A DNA stretch of 39,777 nt from Candidatus Parcubacteria bacterium. Lineage in GTDB: Bacteria; Patescibacteriota; Minisyncoccia; Phycocordibacterales; JAACPR01. The stretch covers positions 1 to 39,777 of the forward strand of contig JAACPR010000006.1 of the NCBI GenBank assembly GCA_009995365.1, in the 5' to 3' direction. The position numbers and the translations under genes were made by a program. The notes beneath the pieces are model-generated. The model made no database searches, was not told the origin of the DNA, and worked only from the letters and a program-made list of their open reading frames with translations. Position 1 is the first letter of the stretch. Every line of letters starts with the position of its first letter. Below, piece by piece: positions 1-7,190 of the stretch.

Positions 1-730
<730 letters not shown>

Positions 731-1036
731 GGAAATCTAAAAACCACTATATGTTTCTACGAGGTAAATTCTTACAAAAGTAAAAATTTACCTATTTTTT
801 ATGTTTGTGAAAATACAATTTCCTGATTGTATTTTTCAATATTACCACCCAAATGACGTTTAAGACTCTTAAATAAATTTGGATGGTTTGTTTATGTCAA
901 AGTTCAATTTACGAAATTAAGATTTTAGGTTTTTAAAAACCGCTTATGGTTTAAAGCGGCCTCTTTGAAAACATCTAGCAGATGCTCTTAAACTGACCAC
1001 TTGAACCTAAATCTTTTTCTCATAAATGTAGTGGCT

Positions 1037-1064
1037 ATTATACGCATGCAAATAAATAAGTCAA
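1037..1064 (-). promoter_or_regulatory. sigma70 promoter for the 23S rRNA gene
   Basis: TTGACT (1064-1059), 16 bp spacer, TATAAT (1042-1037), about 300 nt upstream of the 23S 5' end. Confidence 0.8.
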
Positions 1065-1170
1065 TACTTTTTAGCAAAAGAAAATTTGATGAAAAGTGGA
1101 TAACAATTTTAAAAAAATTCATACCCTATTCACGCCCCACTAGCACCGCTTTAAACATCAATTACACAAC

Positions 1171-1204
1171 CAAAAACCACCCCATAAATCAGAGGTGGTT
1201 TTTG
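1171..1204 (-). terminator. intrinsic terminator (probably bidirectional)
   Basis: CAAAAACCACC-N12-GGTGGTTTTTG inverted repeat just downstream of the 1226..1918 gene. Confidence 0.75.
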
Positions 1205-1225
1205 CTTTTCTTCAAAAAACTTTAA

Positions 1226-1918
1226 CTAGTTTTTCTCAGTAATTTCTTTTTTGATTTTATCAACAGCTTCTGCTGCAGCGTCTTTACCACCGATACCAAA
1301 TGCGATACCTAGTGCAATAGCAAGAGCAGCAACAACACCTGTGAATAATGTTTGGATAAAGATAACTCCAATTCCAAGTTGAACAAGTGCAGCTAGTGCG
1401 GCAAAAATCCAAATTGACCATTTTGTAACTGAACCTAGAAAGTTTGCTGATTCTAGATTTGCAGCTTTAGCGCTGGCAACAACTGTTTTTCTAAGTGCTT
1501 CACCAATTAGTGCGGCAATAAATAGAATCAATACTGCGGCAATAACTTGTGGGATGTAATTAACAACAACACCTGATAGGAAGTCATTTACTTGTGTAAG
1601 TCCTAGAACATCAAAAGCTGTAATCAAGAAAACTACAATAGTAAACCATTTTACAAGTTCACCTAGGAATTTTCCTGAATTTAATTTAAAGCCTCCTTTT
1701 TCTATAACTTCACCAATTCCTGCTGAAGAAAGTGCGCTATCTAATTTAAGTGATTTAATTACTTGTTCAATCACTTTTGAAAGTGCTGCACCAATTATCC
1801 ATCCAAGTAGGACGATAATAACAGCAATTATTATATTTGGAAGTACTCCGATTACACCATTCAAAACATTTGTGAATGATGATTCTAGAACTACTGTCCA
1901 CATTTCTAATGTATTCAT
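1226..1918 (-). CDS. MscS/CmpX-type conserved TM-helix membrane protein
   Basis: 230 aa, two repeats of 'LPNIIIAVIIVLLGW' / 'YIPQVIAAVLILFIA' and C-terminal 'LALGIAFGIGGKD'-like motif typical of the TM_helix/CmpX family. Confidence 0.8.
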   Translation of the reverse strand: MNTLEMWTVVLESSFTNVLNGVIGVLPNIIIAVIIVLLGWIIGAALSKVIEQVIKSLKLDSALSSAGIGEVIEKGGFKLNSGKFLGELVKWFTIVVFLITAFDVLGLTQVNDFLSGVVVNYIPQVIAAVLILFIAALIGEALRKTVVASAKAANLESANFLGSVTKWSIWIFAALAALVQLGIGVIFIQTLFTGVVAALAIALGIAFGIGGKDAAAEAVDKIKKEITEKN

Positions 1919-2012
1919 AAATTCTGTTAAGTTTAATTATTAATTTTTAAATATTAAGTGCGGTTTCGACCGCCACGTGACGACTCGATAAGTCGTACTT
2001 TTATTATAACAT

Positions 2013-2630
2013 CTATAACTCAAATCCAAGTCTATCTATCACCACCTGGTGAGGATAATCGAAAACATCGCGAACTAGTCTGTCGTGTATTCCTAATCGA
2101 TATTTGAAATCCTGCGACCCTAAAATGGCGTATCGAAGCTCTTTCCCTACCTCTGATTCGAGCGTTGAAATCAAATTTTTGAGACTGCGGTCTTTCACAT
2201 CATCCGCTACAATCAGCATATCAATTCTGCTATCGTCGTTTTGAATGAAAATTCCAGAAACAGCGAACAGCTTTAATTTACCAATTCTCTGCATCCTCTT
2301 TCCCACATCGGCATGCTTGAAAGGTTCAGTATTAATAAGCAAACTTTTCAAGTGATTCAAATAAACAAAATTTTTATTCAAAACATAACCATTCACTCTT
2401 TTCTTTTTTATCCCAGTTTTTAACTTTATCTCTTTAAAAAAACTGCGCTTGCGAATTAAACCGACATTATCCAAATTACTAAGTTCTTTTTTAGTTTGTT
2501 GTTTGGTAAGTTTTGTCTTTTTAGATATTTCTGGCAGATCGAGATCCTCATCAGGATTGAATAGGAAAAGTTTCATTATTTTGACTCGAGCCATGCTCCC
2601 AAACAGCTTTTCAAGTATTTGCATTGACAT
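2013..2630 (-). CDS. winged-HTH protein with degenerate nucleotidyltransferase-like C-terminal domain
   Basis: N-terminal 'LFGSMARVKIMKLFLFNP...EISKKT...KELSNL..VGLI' HTH; C-terminal 'SGIF...SRIDMLIVAD...LESEVGKELRY'. Confidence 0.65.
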   Translation of the reverse strand: MSMQILEKLFGSMARVKIMKLFLFNPDEDLDLPEISKKTKLTKQQTKKELSNLDNVGLIRKRSFFKEIKLKTGIKKKRVNGYVLNKNFVYLNHLKSLLINTEPFKHADVGKRMQRIGKLKLFAVSGIFIQNDDSRIDMLIVADDVKDRSLKNLISTLESEVGKELRYAILGSQDFKYRLGIHDRLVRDVFDYPHQVVIDRLGFEL

Positions 2631-2799
2631 ATCTTTCTTTGATTACTGATTTAAATAAATTAACAAGAGACTAGTTGCTAAAATTGAAACAAAAACTAAT
2701 ATGAATGTTAACGATGTCTTGTTTAGCATAATTCCCTTTTAATAAAATTATTATAGCAAAAAATGGATGAAATTTATATAGATTCTTGATTCTGATTCT

Positions 2800-4149
2800 T
2801 TATTTCATATAAAGTTCATAAATATTTATTATTTCTTCAAAATCATTTCTACGATCTGAATTTACATACTCAGATATTTCGTTTAAATCAAGCGTCTTTT
2901 CTTCTGTTTCAATATTTATTTGTTTATATTTTTTTCGATTTGGATAGTAAAATTTTATTTCACCCTTTTTATAAGGAAAGTTTGTTACTTCACCAGTCAA
3001 AACCAAAGTCTTTTCAGAGTCCAAAATAGTGTCTTCGGCAATTTTAAAAACAATCTTTTCATCAGTATCTACCTCAAAAGGTTCAAAGACAAGCGTAAAC
3101 CTACCAATATTGATTTCTTGTTTTAAAGTGTTTTTCAACAGAACATCCACAGTTTTTCCACTTTTTGAATAATCCAAGTTTATTTCGGGATTCGAGACGA
3201 AGACCTTGGTTCTGGCAGTTGAATCGCTTTGACCTTTTACAGCTTTTAGAACGACATTATAGACACCGGCTGAATTGTAGGAATAACTGATTTCATCCCC
3301 TCTCAATTGCTTGCCATCACCCATAGACCATAGCGCCTTTATACCACTTCCTTTTGATTGGTTGTGCTCAAGATGGAAATCAATTTCGGAATTAACCAAA
3401 GCGTAGCGATTGCGACCAGCAGAAACCTTTAGGTCGACTTTTGGTTTGTAGTTTGAGAGGTCGCTTATTCCGGAATGAGTCGATTTTGTGCCAGATGAAG
3501 TTCCAGAACCAGCGGAAGAACCACCACCCGAATCAGCGCCAGAGCCATCATCAGAATCACCTTGGTCACTTTGGTCGTCTGCCGAGGTTGCATTCTCTAG
3601 GAAGGGTGTTGGCTGGGCGGGGATCCAATCAGATGCGGAACTGGTAGTAAGTCCGCCATCACTAGAACTAGAGAGGTTGGTATTTTGCAGTGAACTACCT
3701 GTTCCGTCAGCTCCCCACTCTGGATCATATGTGACCGTGTAGATAATCTCTCCGTCAGGATTCACAATTGAAAGCTCTTCGCCTGTGTTTTTGAGTGAGA
3801 AAACCGAGTCTATCAATAATTCGTTCTCAGAGTAATCCTCCAAAAATTTGGTGGAATTGTCAGCAATAATGGCATATTTTTGTGGCTCTAATAATAACCC
3901 AGTGTCGTCTGGATTATGTGGCGACAATCTGTGGGCGACATCGTTTTCTAAAAATCTATAATTTATTAGGTCGATCGATTCGTCGCCTGTATTATAGACC
4001 TCGATCCATTCCCTACCAGAGTCAGCACCCTCGGGGTTATACATTATTTCGGTGATTATAATTTCGGCATGAAGTGTAAGGGGAAATATACAGAAAAGGT
4101 AGAAAAATACGGATAAAAATATTAATTTGGTATTTGAAATTATTGGCAT
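2800..4149 (-). CDS. secreted lamin-tail-domain (LTD) + PKD domain protein
   Basis: Signal peptide, 'IIITEIMYNPEGADSGREWIEVYN' LTD start, 'PTP' LTD end, Gly/Ser linker, 'WSMGDG...YSYNSAGVYNVVL' PKD motif. Confidence 0.85.
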   Translation of the reverse strand: MPIISNTKLIFLSVFFYLFCIFPLTLHAEIIITEIMYNPEGADSGREWIEVYNTGDESIDLINYRFLENDVAHRLSPHNPDDTGLLLEPQKYAIIADNSTKFLEDYSENELLIDSVFSLKNTGEELSIVNPDGEIIYTVTYDPEWGADGTGSSLQNTNLSSSSDGGLTTSSASDWIPAQPTPFLENATSADDQSDQGDSDDGSGADSGGGSSAGSGTSSGTKSTHSGISDLSNYKPKVDLKVSAGRNRYALVNSEIDFHLEHNQSKGSGIKALWSMGDGKQLRGDEISYSYNSAGVYNVVLKAVKGQSDSTARTKVFVSNPEINLDYSKSGKTVDVLLKNTLKQEINIGRFTLVFEPFEVDTDEKIVFKIAEDTILDSEKTLVLTGEVTNFPYKKGEIKFYYPNRKKYKQINIETEEKTLDLNEISEYVNSDRRNDFEEIINIYELYMK

Positions 4150-4169
4150 GAATCAAAGGTAGCACATGA

Positions 4170-4246
4170 ACACTAAAATAGTTTTAAAGAAAAGTTAAAA
4201 TCCGTCTAAAGACAAGTTTTGACAAGAGAGGTAGGTTTGTTAGTAT
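4170..4246. repeat. array repeat copy A (degenerate left half, intact + strand promoter)
   Basis: CACTAAAATAGTTTTAAAGAAAAGTTAAAATCCGTCTAAAGACAAGTTTTGACA...TGTTAGTAT aligns with copies B-E; TTGACA 4219-4224, TAGTAT 4241-4246. Confidence 0.85.
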
Positions 4247-4252
4247 GTAATC

Positions 4253-4305
4253 ATAAATGGCAATTGAGCCGACCGAGGAACCACCTAGAAATAGGTGGTT
4301 CCGTT
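4253..4305 (+). ncRNA. putative small RNA convergent on PemK/MazF gene 4306..4698
   Basis: Follows the promoter; GGC-AATTGA-GCC then GGAACCACCTA-GAAA-TAGGTGGTTCC (4277-4302) and a short U run. Transcription is inferred. Confidence 0.55.
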
Positions 4306-4698
4306 TTATTTAATCAAATCTATTACCCTCTCTTTAATTTGGTTAAAATCATTAAAATATAACTTACTAATAAATCTCCTCAATCTCTTAACACTCATTA
4401 ACTTAATTTGAGACAAAATAACAAAATTTTCAAGTCCGTTAATTTTTATCTTGTGATAGAATTTTTCGTCACCACTTTTGGAACTTATAGGTAGTGTTAA
4501 ACAAATTCTATTATTAAAATTCTTTAAAATTAAAACGGGTCTTTCATACCTATTTTTCTTGCCGTTTTCCTCATCACCTATATTTAACCCAACGGATGCC
4601 CACCAAACCTGTCTTTCTTTTATTTCCAAAAAATTGATTTTATTATCAATCTTTTTCTTCATCTTATTCCACTCATCAAAGTCTTTGCGCACCACCAT
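4306..4698 (-). CDS. PemK/MazF-family endoribonuclease (orphan toxin)
   Basis: 'QVWWASVGLNIGDEENGK...RPVLIL...LPISS...ILSQIKLMSVKRL' MazF motifs. True start may be the GTG at 4692. Confidence 0.9.
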   Translation of the reverse strand: MVVRKDFDEWNKMKKKIDNKINFLEIKERQVWWASVGLNIGDEENGKKNRYERPVLILKNFNNRICLTLPISSKSGDEKFYHKIKINGLENFVILSQIKLMSVKRLRRFISKLYFNDFNQIKERVIDLIK

Positions 4699-4788
4699 AC
4701 CCTATCAAACACACCTAAAATCCTGATAAAGAAAGGTTGAAATCCGTCTCAAGACAAGTTTTGACAAGAAAAATGAATTTGATAATAT
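4650..4788. repeat. array repeat copy B (first toxin codons, toxin promoter, divergent sRNA promoter)
   Basis: ...CTTATTCCACTCATCAAAGTCTTTGCGCACCACCA-ACCCTA-CAAA-CACCTAAAATCCTGATAAAGAAAG...TTTTGACA-16-TAATAT (4761-4788). Confidence 0.9.
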
Positions 4789-4794
4789 AGAAGA

Positions 4795-4835
4795 TACAAG
4801 TGCCGTAGGCCCGCCTTCGAAAGAAGGCTAAAAGA
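4795..4835 (+). ncRNA. putative small RNA convergent on PemK/MazF gene 4850..5242
   Basis: TACAAG, GCC-GTA-GGC, then GCCTTC-GAAA-GAAGGC (4813-4828). 3' end uncertain. Confidence 0.55.
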
Positions 4836-4849
4836 AATACAAAAAGCGA

Positions 4850-5242
4850 TTAAAACAAATCTTTAATCGCTTTTTTAATTTCTTGAAATAAATCCTCGGC
4901 TAATACACAAATTAGTTGAGATAATCTTTTAGTATCTACGACCTTCATTTGAGATATAATTGCTTTTGCCTGTTTACCGCCAATTAGCCCAACATCAAAT
5001 CTATATTTATGCTCTTGTTGTGAAGTGGTGAGTGGTATTGCAAAGAAAGTCATTAGACTCAACCCTTTAATAACTATAACGGGTCTTTTAAAATTAATAT
5101 AATCACCATGTTGCTCGTTACCTATATTCAGCCCTATATTACACCACCATACTTCCCCTTCATGATAAAAACGACCTTTTGATTTTCTATCAATCTTTTT
5201 CTTCATCTTATTCCACTCATCAAAATTTTTGCGCACCACCAA
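4850..5242 (-). CDS. PemK/MazF-family endoribonuclease (orphan toxin)
   Basis: 'GEVWWCNIGLNIGNEQHG...KRPVIVI...IPLTT...IISQMKVVDTKRL'. True start may be the GTG at 5236. Confidence 0.9.
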   Translation of the reverse strand: MVVRKNFDEWNKMKKKIDRKSKGRFYHEGEVWWCNIGLNIGNEQHGDYINFKRPVIVIKGLSLMTFFAIPLTTSQQEHKYRFDVGLIGGKQAKAIISQMKVVDTKRLSQLICVLAEDLFQEIKKAIKDLF

Positions 5243-5310
5243 ACCCTACCAAAACCACCTAAAATCCTGATAAAGAAAAGTTTTGACAAGAGAGGCAGGT
5301 TTGTTATCAT
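5190..5310. repeat. array repeat copy C (internal deletion of about 22 bp)
   Basis: Same repeat but lacking the AAATCCGTCTCAAGAC segment; TTGACA 5283-5288, 16 bp, TATCAT 5305-5310. Confidence 0.9.
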
Positions 5311-5316
5311 TATGAA

Positions 5317-5358
5317 TACAAACGGCTTCGGCAAGACCTTGCGAAAGCAAGGGTAACA
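5317..5358 (+). ncRNA. putative small RNA convergent on PemK/MazF gene 5371..5769
   Basis: TACAAA, GC-TTCG-GC, then CCTTGC-GAAA-GCAAGG (5337-5352). 3' end uncertain. Confidence 0.55.
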
Positions 5359-5370
5359 AATAGAAAAAAT

Positions 5371-5769
5371 TCAAGGGAGTAATTCCTTGAATTTTTTATT
5401 TAAATCTTCAAAATCTAACGATTCAATATAATCAATTTTATTTAATAACCTCTTTGAATCCAGTAACCGAATCTGAGAAAGTATCGCTGTGCTTTTTTGA
5501 TCATCAAATACCGATTGGAAGGTGTGATAAAATGGCAATGTTTTTATTGTTCTCGTTAGGGGAATAGCCCAAAATATGGATTTATTAAACTTTTTAAAAA
5601 TCAAAACTGGTCTTATAAAATTAGCCCCGACACCATCTTGTTCACTAGAGATATTCAACCCTAAATTACAATTCCAAATTTCTCTCTCATAAAAAATTGG
5701 TTTATTTTCAGATAAATTTATCTGCTTATTCATCTTATTCCACTCATCAAAGTCTTTGCGCACCACCAA
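5371..5769 (-). CDS. PemK/MazF-family endoribonuclease (orphan toxin)
   Basis: 'REIWNCNLGLNISSEQDG...RPVLIF...IPLT...ILSQIRLLDSKRL'. True start may be the GTG at 5763. Confidence 0.9.
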   Translation of the reverse strand: MVVRKDFDEWNKMNKQINLSENKPIFYEREIWNCNLGLNISSEQDGVGANFIRPVLIFKKFNKSIFWAIPLTRTIKTLPFYHTFQSVFDDQKSTAILSQIRLLDSKRLLNKIDYIESLDFEDLNKKFKELLP

Positions 5770-5859
5770 ACCCTAACAAACTCACCTAAAATCATTATAA
5801 AGAAAGATTAAAATCGAACTAAAAACCAATTTTGACATTAAAAATGAATTTGATACTAT
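5729..5859. repeat. array repeat copy D
   Basis: Same repeat; TTGACA 5832-5837, 16 bp, TACTAT 5854-5859. Confidence 0.9.
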
Positions 5860-5865
5860 AAAAAC

Positions 5866-5916
5866 ATCACGACGAAAAGGTTTTGTAGGGGTTCCGTCCC
5901 TTACAAAGCCTTTTTA
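5866..5916 (+). ncRNA. putative small RNA convergent on the NYN gene
   Basis: One long hairpin AAAAGGTTTTGTAGGGG-TTCCGT-CCCTTACAAAGCCTTTT (5875-5914) with two G-U pairs valid only on +, followed by a U tract. Confidence 0.55.
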
Positions 5917-5918
5917 TT

Positions 5919-6416
5919 TTATTTAAGCTCTAACTTGTTTCTTTTTCTATTTAAAAATTCAAAAATGTTTTTATCAGGGCGACTAAGCCTCTTCAGCAAA
6001 GCTGAATATTTCTTTTCATCTGGCACCAAAACAATCTCTAATTTATTTTCATTTAGCAAATATTCAACTAAACAATAAAAATCGCCATCACCAGAGACAA
6101 CGATTGCTTTATCAAAATTCTTATACTGTATCATTGTGTGCAAAATTAATTCTGCGTCAACATTTCCTTTTATTTTTCCACCTTTCAATTCAAGAGTTGG
6201 TTTAAAGATACAAATGTAGCCCATGTTTTGAAGTTTTGTATATAATGTTTCATTTCCAGGTATATAACCTATAAATATATAGGCTTTTGTAGTAGAATAT
6301 TTTTCTTTTAAATATTTATAAAATTTTTTAAAGTCCAATTCCCAACCGAGATCTCTAATCCCAAGATTTAAATTCTGACTGTCTATAAAAGCAAAGTTAT
6401 TAACTAATTTTTTCAT
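5919..6416 (-). CDS. NYN-domain (LabA/DUF88, PIN-like) ribonuclease
   Basis: 'AFIDSQNL', 'KGNVDAEL', 'VVSGDGDF' acidic catalytic motifs, 'YSALLK'. Confidence 0.92.
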   Translation of the reverse strand: MKKLVNNFAFIDSQNLNLGIRDLGWELDFKKFYKYLKEKYSTTKAYIFIGYIPGNETLYTKLQNMGYICIFKPTLELKGGKIKGNVDAELILHTMIQYKNFDKAIVVSGDGDFYCLVEYLLNENKLEIVLVPDEKKYSALLKRLSRPDKNIFEFLNRKRNKLELK

Positions 6417-6440
6417 CGATTAACATATTAATAAAATTTA

Positions 6441-6529
6441 TCCTACCAAAACCACCTAAAATCCTGATAAAAAAAGATTAAAATCCGGCTCAAGACGAAT
6501 TTTGACAAAAAAGCTGAGTTTGATATTAT
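6441..6529. repeat. array repeat copy E
   Basis: CCTACCAAAACCACCTAAAATCCTGATAAA...AAATCCGGCTCAAGAC...TTGACA 6502-6507, 16 bp, TATTAT 6524-6529. Confidence 0.9.
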
Positions 6530-6535
6530 GGAGGG

Positions 6536-6575
6536 TACAAATGCCTTCGGGCCCGCCCTCGAAAGAGGGAAAACA
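6536..6575 (+). ncRNA. putative small RNA convergent on PemK/MazF gene 6581..6973
   Basis: TACAAA, GCC-TTCG-GGC (6543-6552), CCCTC-GAAA-GAGGG (6556-6569). 3' end uncertain. Confidence 0.55.
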
Positions 6576-6580
6576 AAAAG

Positions 6581-6973
6581 CTACCAGAACATGTTTCTGA
6601 TAGTTTTTTTGATTAAATTAAAAGTTTCTTTATCTAGAATAGCTTCTCTTTTATAAAATCTTTTTGTGTCTATTAATTTAATTTGAGATATTATTACTTT
6701 CGCATTTTTACCTCCTATTTTACCTATTGATATATAATATTTATTATTCTTATTAGAAGTAGTTAAAGGAGCAACTATAGAAATATCTTTATTGAACCTC
6801 TTGATAACTAATACTGGTCTATCAAATTCCTTACCTGTTCCATCTTGTTCAAAACCAATATTAATCCCCAACTTACACCACCAAATTTCTCTTGCTTTAT
6901 AATACCGCCTATTGTTATAAGCATTAACATTCTTCTTAACCTTATTCCACTCATCAAAGTCTTTAAGCACCAC
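6581..6973 (-). CDS. PemK/MazF-family endoribonuclease (orphan toxin)
   Basis: 'REIWWCKLGINIGFEQDG...RPVLVI...APLTT...IISQIKLIDTKRF'. True start may be the GTG at 6970. Confidence 0.9.
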   Translation of the reverse strand: MVLKDFDEWNKVKKNVNAYNNRRYYKAREIWWCKLGINIGFEQDGTGKEFDRPVLVIKRFNKDISIVAPLTTSNKNNKYYISIGKIGGKNAKVIISQIKLIDTKRFYKREAILDKETFNLIKKTIRNMFW

Positions 6974-7010
6974 CAGACCCTAACAAAACCCCCTAAAATC
7001 CTGATAAATA
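6941..7010. repeat. array repeat copy F (toxin-side half only)
   Basis: CTTATTCCACTCATCAAAGTCTTT..GCACCACCA.ACCCTAACAAAACCCCCTAAAATCCTGATAAA; no TTGACA half follows. Confidence 0.85.
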
Positions 7011-7080
7011 AAATCTAAACCGAACAAAATATAAAACACAAAAACCCCGCCGTTTTACGAGCGGGATTTTTGAGGTAAAC

Positions 7081-7108
7081 AAAAAACCACTCTTGCGAGT
7101 GGTTTTTT
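7081..7108 (-). terminator. intrinsic terminator of the surface-protein gene
   Basis: AAAAAACCACTC-TTGC-GAGTGGTTTTTT perfect hairpin (GCAA loop on minus); a second imperfect hairpin at about 7040-7072. Confidence 0.85.
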
Positions 7109-7190
7109 GCTGAACTTTTAAGTTGTTCTAAACTTTTCGATTTTTGCTATCGAGAAACTCTCAATTACTTTCAGAAATTTTTAACTAAAA

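Noticed and set aside
4170-7010. CRISPR array or classical integron
   Set aside because: Repeats are over 100 bp, imperfect and separated by whole genes; no cas genes, no integrase, no attC RYYYAAC/GTTRRRY ends.
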